Shown here piece by piece: positions 1 to 9,902 of a stretch of 64,000 bases of DNA (within the stretch, counting starts at the first letter, position 1; each line of letters starts with the position of its first letter). Source of the DNA: Candidatus Sulfomarinibacteraceae bacterium (GTDB taxonomy: Bacteria > Acidobacteriota > Thermoanaerobaculia > Thermoanaerobaculales > Sulfomarinibacteraceae); the NCBI GenBank assembly GCA_963823345.1, contig CAWGLE010000004.1, forward strand, positions 62,342 to 126,341, given 5' to 3'. A program made the position numbers and the translations under genes. The notes beneath the pieces were generated by a model, which did no database searches, was not told the origin of the DNA, and saw only the letters and a program-made list of their open reading frames with translations.

Positions 1-669
1 ATACAGCGGCAGACCGATGTTGAAACCGCGCCGGTTGGAGTACCCCATGCGCGGCATCAACAGCCCCATCGCACGCTCCTGTTTCATCGGCCACACCATG
101 TAGGGCAGGTAGAAGACCGGCACCCCCTGCACCTTCATGGCCACGCTCTTGAACCGCCCCAGACCCTCTTCCTCGATAATCGCCGAGCTGATGTCGAAGC
201 TCCACGGCGGTCTGCCGTCGGTGGAACAGCTGGTGAAGGTCGCGTGATCGAGCCGGTAGTGGGTGTCGTCGAGCTTTTCGATCTCCCGTCCGGTGAAGCT
301 GTACATGGGGTCGACATACGCTGTCGCGTTGCGGAACACGCCGGTCTTGGTGAGCAGGTTGAACCGCATCTCCTCGGCAGTGAAACGACTCGGGCCGCGG
401 TCCACCACGACATTGCCGCGGGCCACGACCTCGCCCGTCGCGCGGACGTAGTCGAGCTCATCGCAACTGATCTCGATGTCCTGGTAGAGGACGTGGACGT
501 TGCCCTCGCCGCGCCACGTCAGCTCGGTCGCCTGCTGGGTCTCGGCGGTGAGAACCACACGGTCCTCGAGCTCGACGGCGGGCGCAGCCGCAGACGCCAG
601 GATCATCACGACGGTCGCCGCCAGCATCCACCGCCGCGCGTACTGGATCTGGTTGTGGTGGCGTTTCAT
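1..669 (-). CDS. lptD: LPS-assembly outer-membrane protein LptD (OstA family), N-terminal part; truncated by the window edge
   Basis: Hand-translated minus-strand frame is open from ATG at 669 (GGAGG just upstream) to position 1. It is absent from the ORF track because it has no stop in the window. Signal-like N-terminus MKRHHNQIQYARRWMLAATVVMILASAAAP, an OstA-type segment (VHVLYQDIEISCDELDYVRATGEVVARGNVVVDRG), then FTSCS...PPWSF...GVPVFYLPYMVWP...RAMGLLMPRMGYS, typical of LptD. Confidence 0.7.
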   Translation of the reverse strand, partial: MKRHHNQIQYARRWMLAATVVMILASAAAPAVELEDRVVLTAETQQATELTWRGEGNVHVLYQDIEISCDELDYVRATGEVVARGNVVVDRGPSRFTAEEMRFNLLTKTGVFRNATAYVDPMYSFTGREIEKLDDTHYRLDHATFTSCSTDGRPPWSFDISSAIIEEEGLGRFKSVAMKVQGVPVFYLPYMVWPMKQERAMGLLMPRMGYSNRRGFNIGLPLY

Positions 670-766
670 GCTCCTCCAGCCGGGCACGCGGTTCTCCGGA
701 TATTGTAGCCCGTCGTGATCCCGCACGATGACCGGGTGATCCGCCGCCGCCGCGTACAATGGGCGG

Positions 767-1186
767 GTGCGATACCTCGGCGTGGATCCCGGCGGCAAGA
801 AGATGGGGCTCGCGGTGGGCGACGACGAGACCGGCGTGGTGTCGCCGCACGCGGTCGTGGAAACTCACGGACCGACGGCGGCCGCGGAGATCATCGCCAA
901 CGCTGCACGGCAGGTCGGCGCCACCCGCATCGTCGTCGGCGTGCCCACCCGCGCTGACGGGTCGCCGGGACCCGCGGCCCGCCGCAGCGAGCTGTTGGCG
1001 CAATCGCTCGGTGAACTCGGCATCGAGGTCGCGCTCCAGCCCGAGTATCTGTCCACGAACGAGGCCCGGCGGCGGGCCCGATCGATCGGCAGACCGCAGA
1101 ACCGACCCGTCGATGACCTTGCCGCGCAGATCATTCTCGAGGACTACCTCGCCGGTCCATCCAAGAAACCGCCGGCGGAGGGTTGA
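767..1186 (+). CDS. ruvX: Holliday-junction resolvase-like / pre-16S rRNA nuclease RuvX (YqgF)
   Basis: 139 aa. N-terminal MRYLGVDPGGKKMGLAVGD and the overall length match the YqgF/RuvX family. GTG start lies 6 nt after a TACAAT hexamer. Confidence 0.85.
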   Translation: MRYLGVDPGGKKMGLAVGDDETGVVSPHAVVETHGPTAAAEIIANAARQVGATRIVVGVPTRADGSPGPAARRSELLAQSLGELGIEVALQPEYLSTNEARRRARSIGRPQNRPVDDLAAQIILEDYLAGPSKKPPAEG

Positions 1187-1189
1187 CCG

Positions 1190-2194
1190 GTGGGGAAGAT
1201 GCGCTGGTTCCTGCTTCTGGCCGCCGCCGTTTCGGTGTCGGCGGCCGGTTTCGGGTTGTGGCTGCACCACAATCTGTGGGGGGTGCATACCCGGGAATCG
1301 GTTGCACTCGAGATCGCAGCCGGAAGTCATGCCCGCCGCATCGTTGAAGAACTCCACGGCAAAGGCCTCGTGCCGTCGCCGCTGGCGGCCCGACTCTACC
1401 TCCGTGTGCGGGCCGACGGCCGCTCGATGCACTTCGGACGCTACCGGTTCGACGCCGGACTGCGACCGGTGGATGTGCTCGAGATGGTTCTCGACGGCAA
1501 CCTCGAGATGTTCGAGGTGACCGTGGTGGAGGGCGACACGGCCGACGATATCGGCGGTCTGTTCAGCTCCCTCGGGGTCGGGACCGGCGAGGAGTGGCAG
1601 TCCCTGGTGTCCCGGGTCGAGTGGATCGCCCCGGTGGCGCCCGATGCCCCCTCGTTGGAGGGCTTCTTCTTTCCCGACACCTACCGCTTCGCCGTCGGCA
1701 TCGACGCCGAAGCCGCCGCCCGCCACCTCACCGACCGGTTTCTCGCGGTGTGGAATGAAGAACGGCGCGATGCCGATGCGCTCTGGGGATCTCCCCTGGA
1801 AATCGTGACGTTGGCATCCCTGGTCGAGGCCGAGACATCGATCGCCGAGGAACGCCCCGTGATCGCGGGAGTGTTCGTCAACCGGCTCCGCCGTGGCATG
1901 CTCCTGCAGTGTGATCCGACCGTGATCTACGCTTTGGCGCGCCGCAACGCCTGGCGCGGGCGCCTGTTGCGGATCGACCTCGAGGTCGACGACCCCTACA
2001 ACACCTATCGCTACCCCGGCCTCCCGCCGGGGCCCATCAACTGCCCGGGGCGCGCCGCCATCGCTGCGGCCCTTCACCCCGCGCCCACCTCGTTTCTGTA
2101 CTTCGTCGCGCGGCCGGGCGGCGGCCACACATTCTCGAACACGCTCGCCGAACACAACCGCGCGGTGGCCCAACTGCGAGCGGCGCGGCGTTGA
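1190..2194 (+). CDS. mltG: Endolytic murein transglycosylase MltG (YceG-like)
   Basis: 334 aa. N-terminal TM helix, then the YceG signature region LASLVEAETSIAEERPVIAGVFVNRLRRGMLLQCDPTVIYAL...YNTYRYPGLPPGPINCPG. Start could be GTG 1190 or ATG 1199. Confidence 0.9.
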   Translation: MGKMRWFLLLAAAVSVSAAGFGLWLHHNLWGVHTRESVALEIAAGSHARRIVEELHGKGLVPSPLAARLYLRVRADGRSMHFGRYRFDAGLRPVDVLEMVLDGNLEMFEVTVVEGDTADDIGGLFSSLGVGTGEEWQSLVSRVEWIAPVAPDAPSLEGFFFPDTYRFAVGIDAEAAARHLTDRFLAVWNEERRDADALWGSPLEIVTLASLVEAETSIAEERPVIAGVFVNRLRRGMLLQCDPTVIYALARRNAWRGRLLRIDLEVDDPYNTYRYPGLPPGPINCPGRAAIAAALHPAPTSFLYFVARPGGGHTFSNTLAEHNRAVAQLRAARR

Positions 2195-2237
2195 CCGCCC
2201 GCGCGACGAGGTGGTAGCTTCAAACCGGAGGCGTACC

Positions 2238-4160
2238 ATGGCCGACAGCTACCGGGTGTTCGCGTCGTACCTGCTGTTCGGGCAGGTTCTCGAAGATCCG
2301 CTCGGCCATCTGTATCGCGCGGGGGAATTCGGCCGGGGCGGGGTTCGGCGACTCGTGTGGTTGCGCACCTTCGACGGACCATCGGCGCCGGCCGCCGACA
2401 TCCGCTCGGCCTTCGACCGGTCGCGCCGCATCGGCGAGGTTGTGCACTCGACGAACGTCGCCGGCGGTATCGCCTGCCACGAGGTTGACGGTGTACCGGC
2501 GCTGGCGTGCGACCACATTGCCTCACAGCCCCTCGGGCTGGTGCTCGACCGCGTGCAGGCCGAGCGGTTTCCCGTACCGGTGGACAACGCCCTCCTGATT
2601 CTGGAGAAGATCTCGCTCGCCCTCGCCGCCGGGCTCAGCGTCGAGATCGAAGGCGGGCGCGTGTTGCACGGCTTCCTCCACCCCGGGCTGATCTTCGTCA
2701 CCTACGACGGCGAGTGCGTCGTCTCAGGCTTCGGTTTCGGCGAGGCGTTGCTGGGGTTGGCGGATGCCGCGGAAGCGGTCCACCCGTACCTCGCACCCGA
2801 GGTCCTGGTCTCCCGAACGCCGAGCCGGCGCGGCGACGTGTACTCGCTCGGCGCGATCCTGTTCGAGTTGATCACCGGCACCGCGCTGCCGGCGGCGCCG
2901 GAGGCGCGACGGGAGGCCGTCGACACCGCCCACCTGGCGTACGACGAGGAACCGGTGCCCGACGACATCAAGACATTGCTCCAGCGCTCGCTCGCCGAGC
3001 GGCCTCAGGATCGATTCAGCTCGGCCTCCGACTTCAAGAAGGAACTCGACCGCCTGCTCTACGGCGGCGCCTACAGCCCCACGACCTTCAACCTCGCCCT
3101 CTTCATGGACCGTCTCTTCCGGTCGGAAATGGAGGCCGAGGAGCGCGCGATGACCGCGGAGCGGAAGATCGACGTCACTCCCTATCTGGCGCCGGTGATC
3201 ACGGCGGAACCCGAGCCGGTTGCGGACGACGAGGATGCGGGGCCGAAACCGGATCGCAGGAACCTGATGGTCGGCGCCGGCGCCGCCGCCGTCGTCGCGG
3301 TTGCGGCAATTCTCTGGTTCACCGTCGGTCGCGGGCCCTCGACGCCGCCGCCGCCGCCAACCCCGACCGCCGATGAAATCGCCGCCCAACGCCAGGCCCA
3401 GGAGGACAAGATGCGCGACCTCGCGCAATCCCTGGTGACCGAGATGATGGCGGAGAAGGAAGCCGAGATCCGCAAGGAGCTCACCAGCCGCCAGGCCAAG
3501 ATCGAAGAGCTGCAGCAGCGCCTCGTGGAGAGCGAACGCCGGGGCAAACAGGGCGCCCTCAGCAACGAGGAAAAACGCCAGCGCGACGAACTGCAACGTC
3601 AAATCGCCGCCGAGGAAGAAGCTCAGCAGCAGCGCGAGGCAGAGCTCGAGGCTGAACGTCTGCGTGCGGAGGAGGGGGCGCGGCAACAGGCGGCTGCCCG
3701 GCAGACCGCCACGGCGGCTGCGGACGAGGAAGCCAAACGGCTCGCTGCGGCGGTCACCCCGACCCCGCCTCCGCCAGCAGCGGCACCGGTACCAACCGCA
3801 GCCCCTCCCCCGGCCCCGACGGCCGAACCAACCGCGCAGGTGATCGCGATCAACACCTTCGTCGAGCCATCCGAGGTCGACTCGTTGCCCGTGGTCATCA
3901 AGAAAAAAACCGCCGAGTGGCCGGTGACGGCCCAGCGGTCTCGGCGCCAGGGTGTGATCATCATGCAGGCGACGGTGAATGCCGACGGCCTGGTTGACGC
4001 GGTCAGGGTGCTGCGCGCCGATGACGAGGGGTTCGGAATCCCCGAAGCGGCGATGGCGGCCGCACGGGGATACCGTTTCAAGCCCGGCACCAAGGATGGC
4101 GTGCGGATCAAGACCTACGCCACCATCACCGAGCCCTACCGTTTCGTCGTCACCCGCTGA
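2238..4160 (+). CDS. Fusion protein: N-terminal protein-kinase-like (predicted pseudokinase) domain, one TM helix, Pro-rich/coiled-coil spacer, C-terminal TonB domain
   Basis: ATG 2238 preceded by GGAGG (6-nt spacing). Kinase C-lobe motifs are kept (YLAPEV, DVYSLGAILFELITG). Catalytic positions are replaced: HGFLHPGL instead of HRDxKPxN, GFG instead of DFG, no VAIK lysine. TM segment LMVGAGAAAVVAVAAILWFTV, a PPPPP tract and a long E/Q/R/A-rich segment follow. C-terminus VIIMQATVNADGLVDAVRVLRADDEGFGIPEAAMAAARGYRFKPGTKDGVRIKTYATITEPYRF is TonB_C-like. Confidence 0.75.
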   Translation: MADSYRVFASYLLFGQVLEDPLGHLYRAGEFGRGGVRRLVWLRTFDGPSAPAADIRSAFDRSRRIGEVVHSTNVAGGIACHEVDGVPALACDHIASQPLGLVLDRVQAERFPVPVDNALLILEKISLALAAGLSVEIEGGRVLHGFLHPGLIFVTYDGECVVSGFGFGEALLGLADAAEAVHPYLAPEVLVSRTPSRRGDVYSLGAILFELITGTALPAAPEARREAVDTAHLAYDEEPVPDDIKTLLQRSLAERPQDRFSSASDFKKELDRLLYGGAYSPTTFNLALFMDRLFRSEMEAEERAMTAERKIDVTPYLAPVITAEPEPVADDEDAGPKPDRRNLMVGAGAAAVVAVAAILWFTVGRGPSTPPPPPTPTADEIAAQRQAQEDKMRDLAQSLVTEMMAEKEAEIRKELTSRQAKIEELQQRLVESERRGKQGALSNEEKRQRDELQRQIAAEEEAQQQREAELEAERLRAEEGARQQAAARQTATAAADEEAKRLAAAVTPTPPPPAAAPVPTAAPPPAPTAEPTAQVIAINTFVEPSEVDSLPVVIKKKTAEWPVTAQRSRRQGVIIMQATVNADGLVDAVRVLRADDEGFGIPEAAMAAARGYRFKPGTKDGVRIKTYATITEPYRFVVTR

Positions 4161-4173
4161 TATGAAAAAGAGA

Positions 4174-4197
4174 GAGGCCGGGCGTGCGCCCGGCCTC
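4174..4197 (-). terminator. GC-rich hairpin followed by a T-run on the minus strand; probable intrinsic terminator of hup
   Basis: GAGGCCGGGCG..CGCCCGGCCTC inverted repeat. Read on the minus strand it is followed by CTCTCTTTTTCA. Lies between convergent genes, about 80 nt past the hup stop. Confidence 0.5.
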
Positions 4198-4276
4198 GAA
4201 ATGCTGATGTCATCGTGAGCGAAATCTCACCCACGACCCGGCAGCCCAGCACGCTGCCGTAGGTCGAAAAAACAGC

Positions 4277-4570
4277 CTACTTCTCGACCCGCTCGCGAAG
4301 GGTCTTGCCCGGCTTGAAGTGGACGTACTTCTTCGCCGGAATGGTGATCGTCGCGCCGGTCGCCGGGTTGCGGCCCTGGCGCGCGTTGCGGCTCTTGGTC
4401 GCAAAGGTGCCAAACCCGGGAATGGTGACCTTCTCACCGGCGTCGAGCGCCGAGGCGATCAGGCCCGTGCGCGGGTGAGCGGAAAACATCACGTCGATGA
4501 TTTCGGCAGCCTTGCCCTGGCTGACTCCGGTCTTTTTCGCAAGCTTCATGGCCATTTCGGTCTTGTTCAT
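4277..4570 (-). CDS. hup: Nucleoid-associated DNA-binding protein HU
   Basis: 97 aa. MNKTEMAMKLAKKTGVSQGKAAEIIDVMF...GFGTFATKSRNARQGRNPATGATITIPAKKYVHFKPGKTL is the HU/IHF fold signature. GGAGG lies 5 nt upstream of the ATG. Confidence 0.9.
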   Translation of the reverse strand: MNKTEMAMKLAKKTGVSQGKAAEIIDVMFSAHPRTGLIASALDAGEKVTIPGFGTFATKSRNARQGRNPATGATITIPAKKYVHFKPGKTLRERVEK

Positions 4571-4599
4571 CAGAACCTCCGGTTTTAAGTTGTACTCAC

Positions 4600-4628
4600 A
4601 TATTGGAGGGCGGAACGCCCGCTGTCAA
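4600..4628 (-). promoter_or_regulatory. Candidate sigma70-type promoter of hup
   Basis: Minus strand reads TTGACA (4623-4628), a 17-nt spacer, then CAATAT (4600-4605), about 30 nt upstream of the hup ATG. The -10 is weak. Confidence 0.4.
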
Positions 4629-4707
4629 GGGCAGACTCGCGGAAAACCCAACATCTACGCTTGTTTTCCGGGTTCGACCGGGGTAGTTTGTGACCCCGGA
4701 GGTGCAA

Positions 4708-5466
4708 ATGGATCTCAAGCTCCGAGGAAAACGCGCCCTGGTGACCGGGTCCTCCCGGGGAATCGGCCGCGCCATCGCCCTCTCGCTCGCCGATTTCGGG
4801 GTCGACGTCGCTATCAACTACCTCCGAAACCGCGCCCGCGCCGAAGAGACGGCCGGGGAGATCGAGGCGCGCGGGGTGCGCGCGTTGGTGGTCAAGGGCA
4901 ACGTCGCCAACCCCGAACACGTCGAGCGGATCTTTGACTCGATCCGCGACGCCTGGGGCGGTCTCGAGATCGTCGTCTCCAATGCGGCTTCCGGGGTCCT
5001 GCGACCCGCCCGCGAGCTCACTCTGCACCACTTCGACTGGGCGATGCACATCAACGCCGCCGCCCTGCTCCCCATCACCCAGCAGTTTCTGCTGATGCCC
5101 TCCGAGGGCGAGAAGAGCCTGGTCGCCGTGTCCTCTCTCGGCGCAATTCGAGCGATCCCGAACTACACCGCGGTCGGCGCCTCCAAGGCCGCGTTGGAGT
5201 CCATGGTCCGCCACCTCGCCGCCGAGATGGCGCCCGAGGGCATGCGCATCAACGCGGTGTCGGCGGGGACGGTGGACACCGAAGCCCTGCTCCACTTCCC
5301 GAACCGCGACGAGCTGCTCGACAGCGCTCGTGCGCGCACCCCGGCGGGTCGTCTCGTTCACCCCCAGGATGTCGCCGACGTGGCGATCTTCCTCTGCACC
5401 CGGTACGCCTCCATGATCCACGGCCAGACCCTGGTCGTTGACGGAGGGTACTCGATCCTGGCGTGA
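4708..5466 (+). CDS. fabL: SDR-family enoyl-[acyl-carrier-protein] reductase, FabL-like
   Basis: ATG 4708 with GGAGG 5 nt upstream. Cofactor loop ALVTGSSRGIGRAIA, NAAS motif, and Tyr-x6-Lys spacing (NYTAVGASKAALE) typical of enoyl-ACP reductases rather than the classical YxxxK. Overall resemblance to my recollection of B. subtilis FabL (...HFPNR.ELL..AR..TPAGR...). Confidence 0.7.
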   Translation: MDLKLRGKRALVTGSSRGIGRAIALSLADFGVDVAINYLRNRARAEETAGEIEARGVRALVVKGNVANPEHVERIFDSIRDAWGGLEIVVSNAASGVLRPARELTLHHFDWAMHINAAALLPITQQFLLMPSEGEKSLVAVSSLGAIRAIPNYTAVGASKAALESMVRHLAAEMAPEGMRINAVSAGTVDTEALLHFPNRDELLDSARARTPAGRLVHPQDVADVAIFLCTRYASMIHGQTLVVDGGYSILA

Positions 5467-5477
5467 TCCGGACAGTT

Positions 5478-5505
5478 TTGAGTTGTGAGTTGTGAGTTTT
5501 GAGTT
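5478..5505. repeat. Four tandem 7-bp units (TTGAGTT GTGAGTT GTGAGTT TTGAGTT)
   Basis: Read directly. Lies immediately after the fabL-like stop, in an unusually AT-rich patch, and is followed by a CCCAC/GTGGG hairpin (5506-5521). Confidence 0.85.
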
Positions 5506-5813
5506 CCCACTCCGGGGTGGGACCGGAATCGTTGCAACGTTGGGCGTTTTATTGTTCGAACGTTGTGAACAACCGCAGATCACGCAGATGAGCGCAGACA
5601 TCGGCGGTTGGATATGTGATCCACCTGTCGATGCGTCACGCGGGACGCGCGCCCCATAATCGGATCACAGCCGATCGGGGCCTTGTGGGGCAGCCGTCCC
5701 GGCTGCCGACCGATATCCGGCCTCGCCGCCCCACTGCCTCGCGGCCTCATTCGAATCAACGATCCGCCCGGCATTCCCGGGGTCGCATGGCCGTTCCCAG
5801 GGCGCGTTACTAC

Positions 5814-6377
5814 TTACTCCAGCGATCGCGCGAGGATCTGCTCGAACCCGGCGGTCGCGTTGAAATGGACCTTGGCGAAGTTCGCCGTGTTCTGCTGCCA
5901 TGGGTGGGTCGGGATCGAGGCCCACCCGCGCATCAGCACCTGACCTTCAGCGTCGAGAATCTCGATGGTGTTGGACGCCCCGACCCCGTAGTCATTGGTC
6001 GCCAGTGAGTCCTCGAGACCGCCGGCGCTGCGCACCCGCGCCACCAGCACGGCATCGCACCCGAGCCGGCGCGCGATAGCCAGAAGGCTCTCGGTTGCGG
6101 AGCCCGGCTCCGCCCCGGTCTTCGCCATCTCCTGCCGGATTTCCTGTGGGCTGATGATCCTGACCGTCTCCGGGTCGAGCAGGGTCAGGATGTCGGCCAT
6201 CAGGGCCTGCTCGATCTTCTCGCACGCCATGTCGCTCGTGCAATCCAGCGGTGCGACCGCGAGCGAGGTGATCACGTCCGGGTAGTCCGGCGCCTTTTCG
6301 ACTTCGAGCCCCGCAGAAGCGGAGACCGCGATCAGGGAGAGAACTAGGAATGACAGCGCTGCCCGTGTTTTCATCAC
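5814..6377 (-). CDS. Secreted/periplasmic protein of unknown function
   Basis: 187 aa. Signal peptide MMKTRAALSFLVLSLIAVSASA with an ASA-G cleavage-like site. GGAGGG upstream. The layout 'LAVAPLD...LGCDAVLVARV' loosely recalls LpoB/TolB-N-like periplasmic domains (inference only). Confidence 0.6.
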   Translation of the reverse strand: MMKTRAALSFLVLSLIAVSASAGLEVEKAPDYPDVITSLAVAPLDCTSDMACEKIEQALMADILTLLDPETVRIISPQEIRQEMAKTGAEPGSATESLLAIARRLGCDAVLVARVRSAGGLEDSLATNDYGVGASNTIEILDAEGQVLMRGWASIPTHPWQQNTANFAKVHFNATAGFEQILARSLE

Positions 6378-6459
6378 GTCCCTCCAACTCAGGGTTGGTC
6401 GCGAGAACTTTACCCGGGTCGAGACTCCACGCCAACTGTATCAGAATCAGAAGGTCGCC

Positions 6460-9267
<2,808 letters not shown>

Positions 9268-9440
9268 GTTGCTCCCGTCGGGCGCTCTCCTCCGTTACCG
9301 CGCCCGGTCAGGAGAACAGCGGTTTCCGGAAAGACGTTCCAGCCCCGGCGCCCGCGGGCGTCCGGACCCGGGCGGTCCGTCGGAGAGCCCGTATTTACGC
9401 TCGGATTATACCAGGGTCCCGTGCGCGCCAGGCACCCCCG

Positions 9441-9902
9441 TCACCGGCTGCGTTCTTTGATGTCCTGTTCGGCCTCGCGGTCCATCGTCCGTTGGCGGAG
9501 CGTGTCGCGCTTGTCGTGGAGCTGTTTGCCGCGGACCAGGGCGATCTCGATCTTGATCCAGTTGCCTTCGAGAAAGACCGCCAGCGGCACCACCGTCAGC
9601 CCCTTCTCCTGGACCTTGCCGGCGAGCTTCTCGATCTGCCGTTTGTGCATCAGGAGCCGTCGGCGCCGCACCGGGTCGTGGCTTGAGTACCCGGCATTGT
9701 CGTAAGACCCGATGTGGCAACCGACGAGAAACGCCTCGCCGCCCACGAACGTCACATAGCCCTCTTTGATGTTGATCTTGGCGGTTCGGATCGCCTTGAC
9801 CTCGGTCCCCAGGAGCTCCATCCCGGCGACCTCGGTCTCGAGAATGTGATAGGTGTGGCGGGCCTTGCGGTTGGTCGCCAGCACCCTCCGCTCGTCGGTC
9901 AT
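9441..9902 (-). CDS. smpB: SsrA-binding protein SmpB
   Basis: 153 aa. NRKARHTYHILE...GTEVKAIR...HDPVRRRRLLMHKRQIEKL matches SmpB. The start overlaps the upstream gene's stop (ATGA). Confidence 0.95.
   Translation of the reverse strand: MTDERRVLATNRKARHTYHILETEVAGMELLGTEVKAIRTAKINIKEGYVTFVGGEAFLVGCHIGSYDNAGYSSHDPVRRRRLLMHKRQIEKLAGKVQEKGLTVVPLAVFLEGNWIKIEIALVRGKQLHDKRDTLRQRTMDREAEQDIKERSR

Noticed and set aside
458-2239. 593-aa minus-strand ORF
   Set aside because: It is antisense to ruvX and mltG, both of which have clear family motifs. The translation is R/G/P-rich and featureless.
5478-5505. Considered whether the short tandem repeats could be a CRISPR array or a minisatellite
   Set aside because: The units are 7 bp with no spacers, and there are only four copies. 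This is not CRISPR-like. It is reported only as a simple tandem repeat within the odd spacer.
5616-6008. Track ORFs inside the 347-bp spacer (5616-6008 +, 5580-5774 -, 5665-5925 -, 5683-5943 +)
   Set aside because: They have no SD or promoter context and R/P/S-rich translations. Several run into the neighbouring real gene on the opposite strand. I therefore treat the spacer as non-coding.
9268-9440. Looked for a tmRNA (ssrA) gene next to smpB and for an SOS box in front of uvrA
   Set aside because: There is no tRNA-like acceptor/T-arm (GGTTCGA..CCA) or resume-codon structure in this spacer or elsewhere outside the three tRNAs. The only SOS-like element is GAACAGCGGTTT (9314-9325), i.e. GAAC-N4-GTTT, one mismatch from the Cheo box. 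No matching box occurs at lexA itself, so I do not call it. A TGG-TATAAT extended -10 on the minus strand (9405-9413) may be the uvrA promoter, but I left it uncalled as a feature.
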